64,000 nt of DNA from a virus, in IMG/VR virus record IMGVR_UViG_3300009182_000042, positions 1-64,000 of that record. One strand, 5' to 3'. Shown here in pieces: positions 1 through 9,956 of the stretch. Under the pieces are notes generated by a model. That model was given only the letters and a program-made list of their open reading frames with translations, did not search any database and had not been told where the DNA came from. Position 1 is the stretch's first letter; each line of letters opens with the position of its first letter. Made by a program: the position numbers and the translations under genes.

Positions 1-1
1 C

Positions 2-616
2 CGAGAGAATCTCAGTTTCAACGAAGCAAAAATGGTCGTTGAGTCTGATGACAAAGATGGGAAAAGTTTATACATGTCCGGGATTTGCATCCAGGGCGGT
101 ATAAAAAACGCTAACCAGCGTGTTTACCCTGTAAATGAGATTGGCAAGGCTGTCAAAACCCTTAACGATCAGATTCAAAACGGCTATTCAGTTCTCGGAG
201 AAGTAGATCATCCAGATGATCTAAAAATTAACCTGGATCGTGTGTCCCACATGATAACAAATATGTGGATGGACGGTCCTAATGGTTACGGCAAATTGAA
301 AGTTTTGCCAACCCCTATGGGACATTTGATCAAGACAATGCTGGAAAGCGGAGTCAAGTTGGGTGTTTCAAGTCGCGGATCCGGAAACGTCAGAGATGAC
401 GGATCCGGTGAAGTATCGGATTTTGAGATTATCACAGTAGATATGGTAGCTCAACCTAGTGCTCCAGGAGCATATCCCACACCAATTTATGAACACCTTA
501 TGAATAATAAGGGAGGATTAAGTGCCTTGCGCATAGCGCAAGAGGTCAAGGGTGATCCTAAAGCACAGAAATATCTCAAAGAGAGCTTATTATCAATAAT
601 AAGCCGACTCCAATAA
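2..616 (+). CDS. gp21: Prohead core protease (T4 gp21-like), 5'-truncated at the window edge
   Basis: Motifs GICIQGGIKNANQRVYP, LGEVDHP, GVSSRGSG and DMVAQPSAPGAY are typical of gp21. The frame is open from nt 2 (RENLSFNEAKM), so the true start probably lies upstream of the window. Confidence 0.93.
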   Translation, partial: RENLSFNEAKMVVESDDKDGKSLYMSGICIQGGIKNANQRVYPVNEIGKAVKTLNDQIQNGYSVLGEVDHPDDLKINLDRVSHMITNMWMDGPNGYGKLKVLPTPMGHLIKTMLESGVKLGVSSRGSGNVRDDGSGEVSDFEIITVDMVAQPSAPGAYPTPIYEHLMNNKGGLSALRIAQEVKGDPKAQKYLKESLLSIISRLQ

Positions 617-629
617 CAAGGAGAATCAT

Positions 630-1727
630 ATGTTGGATGCGTTAAAACAATTATTTGAAAACAATGTGATTTCTGAAGAGATCCAGGAGTCTATACAGGC
701 AGCCTGGGAAGCGAAACTCACAGAGAATCGTGACCAAGTTGCAAAGCAATTACGTGAAGAATTTGCACAAAAATACGAACACGATAAAGGCACTATGATT
801 GAAGCAGTGGATCGCATGATCTCTGAACAGTTAAGTGCTGAAATCGTTGAGTTTGCAGATGATCGTGCTCAACTAGCTGAAATGAAAGTCAAGCTAGCTA
901 AAGAAAAGAAGAAGACAGCTGAAGTAATGAAGGAATTTGTTACACGCCAGTTGGCCGCTGAAGTTCGTGAGTTACATGAAGATCAAATGACAATGGTTAG
1001 TAAGTTTGGAAAATTAGAACAGTTTGTAGTAGAGGCCCTAGCTCAAGAAATTACAGAGTTTATGCAAGACAAGAAAGATCTAGCTGAAACTAAGGTTCGC
1101 TTAGTTCGTGAAGGTCGTACAGAAATCAAGAAGGTAAAACAACAATTTGTTGAACGTGCTGCCAAGATGGTCGATCAAGTAGTAACTCAGAACCTAAGTT
1201 CTGAATTGCACAGCTTGAAAGAAGACATCGAAGCCGCTCGTCGTGCAGATTTTGGCCGCAAGTTATTCGAAGCTTTTGCTAGTGAATATCAGGCAAGCTA
1301 CCTAAATGAAAAATCGGAAACAGCAAAATTACTCAAAGTCATAGACTTGAAAGATCATGCAATGCAAGAAGCCGCCCAAGCGGTAGTACAAGCAGAGCAG
1401 TTATTAGAAAGTAAACAAGCTGAAATCCGTGCGTTAGAGGAATCTAAGGCAAGAAAAGAAATCATGAGTGAGTTACTGAGTCCACTTAACAGTGAACAAA
1501 AGGAAATCATGAAAGAGTTGATGGAGTCTGTAAAGACAACTAAACTAAACGAAAGTTTTGAAAAGTACTTGCCGTCAGTATTGAATGGTAAGGCTCCGCA
1601 GAAGAAACAGGCACTAGTAGAGGCTAAAGAAATAACCGGAAATAAAGTAATTTCCAACAATCCCCGTAGAAGCGAAGACGATAGCAACATTGTTGATATT
1701 CGTAAACTCGCTGGACTAAAATTTTAA
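630..1727 (+). CDS. gp22: Prohead core scaffold protein (T4 gp22-like)
   Basis: Acidic, coiled-coil-like protein between the protease and capsid genes; AAGGAG SD upstream. Confidence 0.85.
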   Translation: MLDALKQLFENNVISEEIQESIQAAWEAKLTENRDQVAKQLREEFAQKYEHDKGTMIEAVDRMISEQLSAEIVEFADDRAQLAEMKVKLAKEKKKTAEVMKEFVTRQLAAEVRELHEDQMTMVSKFGKLEQFVVEALAQEITEFMQDKKDLAETKVRLVREGRTEIKKVKQQFVERAAKMVDQVVTQNLSSELHSLKEDIEAARRADFGRKLFEAFASEYQASYLNEKSETAKLLKVIDLKDHAMQEAAQAVVQAEQLLESKQAEIRALEESKARKEIMSELLSPLNSEQKEIMKELMESVKTTKLNESFEKYLPSVLNGKAPQKKQALVEAKEITGNKVISNNPRRSEDDSNIVDIRKLAGLKF

Positions 1728-1739
1728 GGAGAAATTTAA

Positions 1740-2915
1740 ATGTCAGAACTACTTACAGGACGTTGGGCAGAAACTAAGGAAGCCCTATTAGAAGGCTTAC
1801 AAGGCACAAAAAAATCAGTAATGGGCGTAACTCTAGAAAATACTCGTAAGTATTTGATGGAATCTCCAACTGCTGGTGCCACTTCTGCCGGTAACGTTGC
1901 AACTTTAAATCGCGTGATCCTTCCAGTGATCCGTCGCGTTATGCCAACAGTCATTGCTAATGAACTAGTTGGTGTACAACCAATGACTGGACCAGTCGGA
2001 CAGATTCACACACTACGTGTACGCTACAGCGATACATCAAGTGGTGCTAACGTTCTAGCTGGTGAAGAGGCATTGAGCCCATTCAAGATTGCCGCTGCCT
2101 ACTCTGGTAATGCTCTAGATTCGACTGCTAAAGCCGCATCAACAGCAACACTAGAAGGTGTAGCAGGTAACAGAATGAGCATCCAAATCTTGAAACAAAC
2201 TGTTGAAGCGAAGACACGTAAATTGTCAGCTCGCTGGACATTTGAATCAGCTCAGGATGCACAAGCTCAGCAAGGTATCGATGTTGAAGCAGAAGTAATG
2301 GCTGCTTTGGCACAAGAAATCACAGCTGAAATCGACCAAGAGATCATTGCATCATTGATCAGCTTGGCAGGTACTGCAACACAGACTTATGACCAGTCAG
2401 CAGTTTCAGGTACAGCTACATTCGTTGGTGACGAGCATGCCGCATTGGCAGTTCAGATCAATCGTGTTGCTAACTTGATCGCTCAACGTACACGTCGTGG
2501 TGCTGGTAACTACGCTGTTGTTAGCCCATTTGCATTGACAATTTTGCAATCAGCTACAACTTCAGCTTTTGCTCGTACAACAGAAGGCACATTCGAAGCA
2601 CCTACAAACACCAAGTTTGTTGGTACATTGAACAATGCAATGAAAGTGTATGTAAACAGCTACGCTCAAGACTCAGCTTCTATCCTAATCGGATACAAAG
2701 GCGCATCAGAGTCTGATGCTCCAGCTTTCTACTGCCCATACATTCCATTGATGAGCAGTGGTGTTGTTCTTGATCCGTCAACATTTGAACCAGTCGTATC
2801 ATTCATGACACGTTATGGTTATGTTGAATTGTCAAACACAGCAAGTAGCTTGGGTAACGCCGCTGACTATCTAGGTCTAGTTGGTATTACTTCTGCTAAC
2901 GTGAAGTTCAGCTAA
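1740..2915 (+). CDS. gp23: Major capsid protein (T4 gp23-like)
   Basis: Motifs GVQPMTGPVGQIHTLR, VEAKTRKLSARWTFE, AFYCPYIPL and FMTRYG; strong SD. Confidence 0.97.
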   Translation: MSELLTGRWAETKEALLEGLQGTKKSVMGVTLENTRKYLMESPTAGATSAGNVATLNRVILPVIRRVMPTVIANELVGVQPMTGPVGQIHTLRVRYSDTSSGANVLAGEEALSPFKIAAAYSGNALDSTAKAASTATLEGVAGNRMSIQILKQTVEAKTRKLSARWTFESAQDAQAQQGIDVEAEVMAALAQEITAEIDQEIIASLISLAGTATQTYDQSAVSGTATFVGDEHAALAVQINRVANLIAQRTRRGAGNYAVVSPFALTILQSATTSAFARTTEGTFEAPTNTKFVGTLNNAMKVYVNSYAQDSASILIGYKGASESDAPAFYCPYIPLMSSGVVLDPSTFEPVVSFMTRYGYVELSNTASSLGNAADYLGLVGITSANVKFS

Positions 2916-2943
2916 TTCAAACCTAAACAGTTTGTTAGTAATA

Positions 2944-2976
2944 AAACAAAAGGACTCTTCGGAGTCCTTTTTGTTT
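2944..2976 (+). terminator. Intrinsic terminator after the capsid gene
   Basis: AAAAGGACTC-TTCG-GAGTCCTTTT stem with a UUCG loop and a T-tract. Confidence 0.9.
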
Positions 2977-2979
2977 GGG

Positions 2980-2985
2980 TAAATA
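2980..2985 (+). promoter_or_regulatory. Putative late promoter (TAAATA)
   Basis: Core of the T4 late promoter TATAAATA; 4 nt before the ATG at 2990. Confidence 0.65.
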
Positions 2986-2989
2986 TAAG

Positions 2990-3574
2990 ATGCCTACTAC
3001 AACATATTTTCAAACTCCTACACTATTGAATAGTGTGACATCTTTTAACAGCATAATCAATCAGTACTCTATACCTTGGAACTATAATCCAACAGCATTA
3101 ACAGAAAACACCTATGCAGTAACAGCCCGCCCTTTGTATACTATGAGCGGATTTTGGCAGGAAAAATTTCAAAGTTCAACAGATCAATTATGGTGTACAG
3201 GTTATAAATTTCCAGATCTCGGACGTACAGTTTTAGGCATAGAATTAGAACTTGATATCAAACGTGCCGCACGTATAGAAGATTTAGTAGTACAGTTAAC
3301 ACTAAACGGCAGTCTTGTTGGTAACAACTTAGCTAGTACAATAAACCCTGTGCAAGCAGACATGTACACAGCAGAACGTGCTAATTATCCAACACCAGTG
3401 CCTGATTATAGTATCTACGGCGGTAGTGCTAACATGTGGGGAACTGCCCTAACTAGTGCCAACATTGCAAATTCAACATTTGGTGTTGTTGTTAGCTTTC
3501 AAAGCAATGTTATATACCCACACAAAGACTTGGCTTACCTACATAAAGCAAGGCTAAGAGTCACCTACGCATAA
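2990..3574 (+). CDS. Hypothetical virion-associated protein
   Basis: The ORF track starts at TTG 2975 inside the terminator tail; ATG 2990 after TAAATA is more plausible. No family recognised. Confidence 0.65.
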   Translation: MPTTTYFQTPTLLNSVTSFNSIINQYSIPWNYNPTALTENTYAVTARPLYTMSGFWQEKFQSSTDQLWCTGYKFPDLGRTVLGIELELDIKRAARIEDLVVQLTLNGSLVGNNLASTINPVQADMYTAERANYPTPVPDYSIYGGSANMWGTALTSANIANSTFGVVVSFQSNVIYPHKDLAYLHKARLRVTYA

Positions 3575-3577
3575 ATA
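3572..3577 (+). promoter_or_regulatory. Putative late promoter (TAAATA)
   Basis: Overlaps the upstream stop codon and precedes a structured leader. Confidence 0.6.
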
Positions 3578-3660
3578 CATTGTCACGCTTACATAGGGTA
3601 AGTTTATGCGGATAACCCAACCGCGTATGACATAAAACGTCAATTTTAAGGAGAAACAAA

Positions 3661-5811
3661 ATGGGACGTCCATTAAATAAAAAATACTTTGGTAAGAGAA
3701 ATCCAGGTGCCACAGGTACTTTTGGTAATACAAACTTACTACCAACAGACTATGACCTAGGTGGTTCACGTGTTACAGGCGGTACAGTTGGTACAGCAGG
3801 TTCATTTGCATCAACAACACTTGGCAGTCCAGTTATTGCCGCAAGCGGTGCAATTACATTCAGTACAACTACTACAGCACTTCCAGCAGGCACACCAATT
3901 GTTGTAACAGGTACTAACAGCGGTGCTGGTTCTATTACCAACGCAACATATTATGTTGCCGCATCACCAGCTCCAACAGCTACTGGTGTTACACTAGTTA
4001 CTACTTCAGGCGGTTCAACTGTAGCAACAACTACAGCAGGTACTCCAACAGGACTATCATTTACATACACTCAGTTTGCATCATATACATTCCCGGCTCC
4101 AGTTCTACAAACTGAAGGTGCTACTACAGCAGTAGGCGCTCCAATATACAGTATTGTTAGTGCAACTGTAGCCGCTGGTGGTTCAGGATATGCTAACACA
4201 GCAACAGCATTCACAGTCGGTAATGCTACATTAACTATTACTCCAAGTGGTGGTGCAGTTACTGGTACAGTAACAGTTACAACAGCTGGTACATTTACTG
4301 CTCCTTTGGCAGCAGGTCCACAAGCATTAGTTGGTGGTACAGGTACAAGCGGTACAGTCACAATCACTTATGGTCTAGTATCAGGCGGTACAATGTCTAA
4401 CCAAGGTAACGGTTACTTAGCTAATACAGTTGGTACAACTTATGTTAAAGCTACAACAGCTACAGCCAGTGTAAGCTCAGTAACTTCAACAATTAGCAGT
4501 GGAGTGTTAACAGTTACAGCAGTAACCGGTACGATCGCCAACGGTATGATTTTGACAGGCGGTTCAGTAACTGCTGGTGCTTTTATCCAGTATCAATTAA
4601 CATCAACTGCATCTGCCGTAGTTAGCCCAACATTTAGTAGCGGTGGACAAGTTGGTACAAACACAATTACACTAAGTGCTGGTACTAGTGTTGCAGTTGG
4701 ACAAATTGTTACTGGTACTGGTCTAAGCGCAGGTACAACAGTTACAGCAATCAGTGGTGCTACCGCAACATTGAGTAACTATTTTACACAGCAAGCCGCT
4801 GGTACATACAACTTCTATGCATACGGTGGAAACGGTACATATCAATTAGGTCTAAACAACGCAAGCGGATTCCCAACAACAACTACAGCTATTACAGGTA
4901 CTCCAACAGCAGGTAGCGTTGACCTAGTAACAGTTACATCAACAGCCGATATGTCAGCTGGTATGAGATTTACTCCGGCACGTACATTTGGTAACTTAAC
5001 AGGTGGTACAACTTATTTTGTACTAGCAGTATTAAGTTCAACAACATTTACAGTTTGTGGTACAGTTGGTGCTACAAGTGCAACTGCACAATCAACTACA
5101 GCCGCTCCAACTATTGCTGGTACAGTAACAGTAGCCGCTAACGGTGCATTAAGTGGTTTCACTTCAGTAACAACAGCATTGGCAGCAGGTACTCCAGTTG
5201 TTATTACTGGTGACTCATCGGGCTTTATCACTAACGGTACATACTATGTTGCCGCAAGTCCAGCCGCAACAACAACCAGTATGACTTTGGTAACAACACC
5301 AAACGGTACTACAACAGCTACTACATCAGCTGGTAACGCTAACGGTACATTCACATACTACCCAGCCGCACCATTCGGTCAGTACAACGTTATTACAGTT
5401 GGTGGTACAGGTACAAGTAGTCCAGCCGCAACATTACAGTTACAAGCACAAGTAACAAGCGGTTATGTTGGTATGTATCCAGCAATTCAAGCAATTGCCA
5501 TCACAGTGGGCGAAGTTGCTCGTAGCGAAAGTGATATTGTCAAGCAAGAAAATTCACAACGTTTCCGTGTTGAGAACCAAGACGGTGTTGCATATTGCAA
5601 ACTGATCACAAGTTATCCTACAGGTCCAGGTCAAATGGCTATTCAAGCCACAGATTCAACTGGTAACTTGTATTGGGCATCTCGTATCACTAACCGCCAG
5701 TGTGTGGTAACACGTCAGGGTACAACTGGCGAGTTTGCTACAGGCAAGCGTGTTAACTGGGTACTTGGTACAGCCGTACTTAACACATCAGTTAAGTTAG
5801 ACAACGCTTAA
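3661..5811 (+). CDS. Virion structural/decoration protein with Thr/Gly-rich repeated modules
   Basis: Basic N-terminus MGRPLNKKYFG, duplicated ALxAGTPxVxTG..TYYVAASPA modules, charged C-terminal domain; strong SD. Confidence 0.7.
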   Translation: MGRPLNKKYFGKRNPGATGTFGNTNLLPTDYDLGGSRVTGGTVGTAGSFASTTLGSPVIAASGAITFSTTTTALPAGTPIVVTGTNSGAGSITNATYYVAASPAPTATGVTLVTTSGGSTVATTTAGTPTGLSFTYTQFASYTFPAPVLQTEGATTAVGAPIYSIVSATVAAGGSGYANTATAFTVGNATLTITPSGGAVTGTVTVTTAGTFTAPLAAGPQALVGGTGTSGTVTITYGLVSGGTMSNQGNGYLANTVGTTYVKATTATASVSSVTSTISSGVLTVTAVTGTIANGMILTGGSVTAGAFIQYQLTSTASAVVSPTFSSGGQVGTNTITLSAGTSVAVGQIVTGTGLSAGTTVTAISGATATLSNYFTQQAAGTYNFYAYGGNGTYQLGLNNASGFPTTTTAITGTPTAGSVDLVTVTSTADMSAGMRFTPARTFGNLTGGTTYFVLAVLSSTTFTVCGTVGATSATAQSTTAAPTIAGTVTVAANGALSGFTSVTTALAAGTPVVITGDSSGFITNGTYYVAASPAATTTSMTLVTTPNGTTTATTSAGNANGTFTYYPAAPFGQYNVITVGGTGTSSPAATLQLQAQVTSGYVGMYPAIQAIAITVGEVARSESDIVKQENSQRFRVENQDGVAYCKLITSYPTGPGQMAIQATDSTGNLYWASRITNRQCVVTRQGTTGEFATGKRVNWVLGTAVLNTSVKLDNA

Positions 5812-5818
5812 TAACTAA

Positions 5819-5836
5819 GGGGCTCTTCGGAGCCCC
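5819..5836 (+). terminator. GC-rich UUCG hairpin (weak terminator or stabilising stem)
   Basis: GGGGCTC-TTCG-GAGCCCC with no T-tract. Confidence 0.5.
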
Positions 5837-5848
5837 AACAGGATTCTT

Positions 5849-7345
5849 ATGTCAAGAGTAGTTAAAGTAAGCAGTGGCGATTATCGTGTACAACTGACTT
5901 CCGGCGGCAATATCTATTATGATGTTAGTGGCGGTGGACAGGTAATTATCAACGGAAATCTCGATGTTAAAGGCACAACAACTACGATTGAAAGTACAGT
6001 TGTGAATTTGGCTTTGAATTTGTTTGGACTCAACGGCGGCATCAGTCCGACAGCAAATGGTATTCCGTCCGCAACGTATTACCAATCTGGTATCAGTATC
6101 GCACGAGGCGCACTAAACACAGCTGAATTCCTATTTGACGACAGCGTTAATCATTACGATCCCACAACAACTCTTACATGCTCAAGCGGTACTGGTAGCG
6201 GCTCTGTAGTCACATTGACCTTTACAGCACAGTCCAGCATTCCATTTGCCGCAGGCACCAGCATTGTGGTTGAAGGATTTACTCCAACAGGTTACAACGG
6301 AACATACACGGTGTTGGCAAGTCCGGCACCGTCGGTAACCACGGTGAGTTTTAGTAACACTACACAAACCAGTATTTCAACATATGGTACTATAACAGCC
6401 AATGTCAAAGGCACATTCATTGCAAGGACTGCAAACCTAACAGGTGCAACACCAACACAAGCCAGTTTGAATGGAATTCAATTACGCACACTGACTAGCG
6501 ATGGATTAAACAATTTGGTTATAGACATGCAACGTGGCACACCTACCTTGCGCCTAGCCAATAGTGTTGCCAGCTCAGGTAGTGTTCCATATTACCAACG
6601 TGTATTAAACAAAGACGACATTCCCAATGTGGAATGGGTACAGACGTACATTGCATCTAACTATGTGTTGGGTTCAACAACGCCAGGAACTGCAACAGTT
6701 CAGACAATCCAACAACCGGTTGGTATAGCAATTGGATCTGCAAACTCCGCAGTTCAAGCAACCAGTACTGGTTTGCTATTCCAAGTTGGCGGTGTAACTG
6801 TTACTACGATTACCAGCGCAGGTGTGCAGTTAGGCAACCTGTTGGTAGGTGCAAGCGCCAGTCCAAACGAAATCAACAATAGCACTGCAAACAATCTAGT
6901 GCTGAGTTCAAATGCCAACAACATTGAAGTAACCAGCGTATTAAATTTAGATAATCAGATAGCCACGGTAACTGCTACTGCGGCTTCTGCAAACGGAACA
7001 ACTGCAACAATAACATTTACAGCACAAAATGTAAAACCATTTGGTGTGGGTTCAAGCATTACAGTTGCTGGATTTTCAGCACAAACTGGTTTTAACGGAA
7101 CATTTACAGTGACTGGATGCACACTTACCACAGTCAGTTATGCATTAGCTCAAACGCTAACTGGCACAGTGTTTGGCACAGTGACTCAAAGTATAGCATA
7201 CGTGGCAAACAAAACTAAACTTTATTCCTCAGCCACTGTTGGTCCTGGAAAGACTGGAATATATTTTGCCAACACCAACGGATCACAGATCCCAGACGAA
7301 TTAATAAGTAGAAACAGAGCAGTGTTGCTAAGTATTTTACTATAA
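5849..7345 (+). CDS. Tail/baseplate-associated fibre-like protein
   Basis: VIINGNLDVKGTTTTIES motif typical of phage fibres; two copies of a TFTAQ..PF..G.SI.V.GF...[YF]NGT module. Confidence 0.7.
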   Translation: MSRVVKVSSGDYRVQLTSGGNIYYDVSGGGQVIINGNLDVKGTTTTIESTVVNLALNLFGLNGGISPTANGIPSATYYQSGISIARGALNTAEFLFDDSVNHYDPTTTLTCSSGTGSGSVVTLTFTAQSSIPFAAGTSIVVEGFTPTGYNGTYTVLASPAPSVTTVSFSNTTQTSISTYGTITANVKGTFIARTANLTGATPTQASLNGIQLRTLTSDGLNNLVIDMQRGTPTLRLANSVASSGSVPYYQRVLNKDDIPNVEWVQTYIASNYVLGSTTPGTATVQTIQQPVGIAIGSANSAVQATSTGLLFQVGGVTVTTITSAGVQLGNLLVGASASPNEINNSTANNLVLSSNANNIEVTSVLNLDNQIATVTATAASANGTTATITFTAQNVKPFGVGSSITVAGFSAQTGFNGTFTVTGCTLTTVSYALAQTLTGTVFGTVTQSIAYVANKTKLYSSATVGPGKTGIYFANTNGSQIPDELISRNRAVLLSILL

Positions 7346-7355
7346 GGACAAAAAA

Positions 7356-7691
7356 ATGGCATTAACATCAAGCATAATTGGCACCAGCAACACCACAGTA
7401 TATACCAGCACCGTAAGCGGAAGCCAAACAGGCAATGCTATAACTTGCATGATGATTTGCAATTACGGTTCAGCATCGGCCAACATTACAATTTATGCTG
7501 TACCCAACAGTGGTGGCAGCGTGGGAACGGCAGCTAATACAAACATGATTATTAGTGCATTAACTATCCCCATCGGAGAAACTGTAAGTTTAGATCAAGA
7601 AAAATTAGTACTCAGTTCTAATGATACAATCGTAGCGGTAAGCACCGTAGCTACCACACTAGCAATTACCATAAGCACACTACCAGTATAA
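7356..7691 (+). CDS. Small virion structural protein (paralogue of 12099 and 33337)
   Basis: 111 aa, beta-strand-like; TVYT..., EKLVL pattern shared with its paralogues. Confidence 0.7.
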   Translation: MALTSSIIGTSNTTVYTSTVSGSQTGNAITCMMICNYGSASANITIYAVPNSGGSVGTAANTNMIISALTIPIGETVSLDQEKLVLSSNDTIVAVSTVATTLAITISTLPV

Positions 7692-8752
7692 TGAGATTTA
7701 TTAAACGACAATCACTTGACCGTAGAACTGCCAACAATGCAACATTGTATTCGGATGCTGGGCGCAACAACGTCTATGTAAGCCCGTTTGGAGCTGGAAG
7801 TTTGGTAGTTCCAGTGGGCACAGTCACTCAGCGTGATGCCGCTATTGCAACTCCTACCACAGGCATGATGCGATACACATCCGATGCCAGTACAGGCGGT
7901 GAGCTACAGGTTTATCAAGGCGGTGCATCTGGCTCTGGCGGTCGCTGGCGCAATGTTAGATTCAAAGAACAAGGTGGCATACTGCAACAAAATTTAGGTG
8001 CAGGAGATGGTAATACCACATTGTTTGGACCGTTGAACAGCACATACTACAATCCTTTAAACAACAATGCCAGCAATGTAACCGTTGGTGGCCAAAACAT
8101 TTTAGTAATTATAGAAAACGTTATCCAAGTTAACAGTATCAATTACACAATTAGTGCGCTCAATCCAAGTGTTACTGGTGCAACTTACACACCTACTACC
8201 AGTACAGTTACAGCAATTGGTGCAACAACAATGTATTTTAATACTGCATTGGTAGCTACAGGTATAAGCGGATCATCCGGAACAGTCACAATGACATTCA
8301 CAGCACAACCAGCCAATCCGTTTGCAGTGGGATCAACCATTGTGGTTACGGGATTCGTACCGTTGGCTTATAACGGATCGTTCACAGTCACAGCATGTAC
8401 CACCACCCAAGTACAGTGGTCAAATGCCACCACAGCAGTTATGACCATTGCTGGTCAAGGTGCCAGCAGTCAGGCGGTATACCCATCTATCAGTCTTATT
8501 GGTGCAACGGTGACTGGCAGTGCCAGTTTCCAAGCAAGTACACTAGTTACAGCGTATGCAGTAGATCCAATAACCGATGCATTGGTCAGTATTACCTTCA
8601 CAGGCAAACCAACACAAACAAGTACCATTCCAGTAAATACCGGTATCACAATAACTGAAGCTACCACAACTGGCTCGGGTTACTATCTGCAATTTACAGC
8701 ACCAGTGCCATTGGGCAAGGTAGTAATAGCGTTACTGGGTTTTGATCAATAA
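7691..8752 (+). CDS. Virion structural protein, fibre-associated
   Basis: LVVPVGTVTQR...GMMRY motif; one TFTAQ..PF module; start overlaps the upstream stop. Confidence 0.7.
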   Translation: MRFIKRQSLDRRTANNATLYSDAGRNNVYVSPFGAGSLVVPVGTVTQRDAAIATPTTGMMRYTSDASTGGELQVYQGGASGSGGRWRNVRFKEQGGILQQNLGAGDGNTTLFGPLNSTYYNPLNNNASNVTVGGQNILVIIENVIQVNSINYTISALNPSVTGATYTPTTSTVTAIGATTMYFNTALVATGISGSSGTVTMTFTAQPANPFAVGSTIVVTGFVPLAYNGSFTVTACTTTQVQWSNATTAVMTIAGQGASSQAVYPSISLIGATVTGSASFQASTLVTAYAVDPITDALVSITFTGKPTQTSTIPVNTGITITEATTTGSGYYLQFTAPVPLGKVVIALLGFDQ

Positions 8753-8765
8753 TTAGGAGTCTACT

Positions 8766-9827
8766 ATGGCGGGGCGAGAACTTGGTAGGATAAGCGGCCC
8801 GTTGCTAGCAGATAATCTGTTACGTAACGGTACCAATCTTGCCTTTGACACTCAGGTATTATATCTTGATGTAGTTAACAAACGTATTGGCGCAAATAAC
8901 AGTGCGCCAGCCACAGATCTTTATACTCCAACAGCAATCGACTCTACAAACGTAACCGTAGATACTGCCAGCACTATTGCTAATTTTTATATTACTACAA
9001 ATAATATACAAAATGCCACTGCTGGTATTACACTAGGTAGCCCTGTAATTACTCCGGGACTGAGTACAAATAATTTATATCTGTCTACTAATACTGTAGC
9101 CAACACTGTTACTAATAATGATATCAATATCACACCCAACGGCACTGGCGATATTAATTTTGCCAATGGTAACGGAAACGTTCAAGTTACGGTAAACGGT
9201 ACATTACACGCCACCGGCAGCATTACATTTGATGGTGCTGTTGTGCTAGGTGATTCGGCCACTGATACTATTACATTTGGTGCTGAAGTTGGCAGTAATA
9301 TATTACCCTTAACAGATAATTCTTACACTTTAGGTACCTCTGGATTGGTATGGAATAATGTGTACACCAACACATTCAGTGTGACCAGTACAACAGTTCC
9401 CACAACCAGTGCCACCACAATGACAGCTGGAAATTTCAGCTTCAACGGCAACACAATTACCAATACCAGTACTGATCAAAATTTTAGACTTGTTCCTTCG
9501 GGCACAGGAATAATCAGTGTTAATGGCACAGCGTTCAATGCCGCAAACAGTTTTACCAATACCAGCTCAGGTGCATACACATTGGCGGGTACTGGCACCG
9601 GATACTACAAATTCAATAATGCCACTGGTGTTAGTATTGGTTCCGGAACTACTGCACAACGTCCAGGTAATGCCGTAGCAGGTATGACCCGTTTCAATAC
9701 AGATTTACAATACGGCGAAACTTACAACGGATATGCATGGCTTCCAATTGGTGGGCAAGGCTCCAGTTTGACCTTGGCACAAGTCACAACAATCCTGTTA
9801 ACTAACGTCATAATCTTTGGGTTCTAA
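8766..9827 (+). CDS. Tail fibre-like protein (paralogue of 9957)
   Basis: N-terminal GRISGPLL.DNL.RNG.NLAF; C-terminal GTTAQRP...GMTRFNTD..YNG..W motif. Confidence 0.72.
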   Translation: MAGRELGRISGPLLADNLLRNGTNLAFDTQVLYLDVVNKRIGANNSAPATDLYTPTAIDSTNVTVDTASTIANFYITTNNIQNATAGITLGSPVITPGLSTNNLYLSTNTVANTVTNNDINITPNGTGDINFANGNGNVQVTVNGTLHATGSITFDGAVVLGDSATDTITFGAEVGSNILPLTDNSYTLGTSGLVWNNVYTNTFSVTSTTVPTTSATTMTAGNFSFNGNTITNTSTDQNFRLVPSGTGIISVNGTAFNAANSFTNTSSGAYTLAGTGTGYYKFNNATGVSIGSGTTAQRPGNAVAGMTRFNTDLQYGETYNGYAWLPIGGQGSSLTLAQVTTILLTNVIIFGF

Positions 9828-9848
9828 ACCTCAAAATACCAAAACAGC

Positions 9849-9854
9849 TAAATA
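9849..9854 (+). promoter_or_regulatory. Putative late promoter (TAAATA)
   Basis: Intergenic, upstream of a roughly 100-nt structured leader. Confidence 0.6.
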
Positions 9855-9956
9855 CTAATACTGTAAAAGCTGACCAAGTTTTTACGATATTCAACTGTGG
9901 TAAACCCGCAATGCAAGGTGGTTAACCGTGAAACACGGGGTATGCGAGGAGCGTAA

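Noticed and set aside
3578-3660. Purine riboswitch or hammerhead ribozyme
   Set aside because: Three-stem layout only; the conserved junction sequences (UUUCUACC; CUGANGA/GAAA) are absent.
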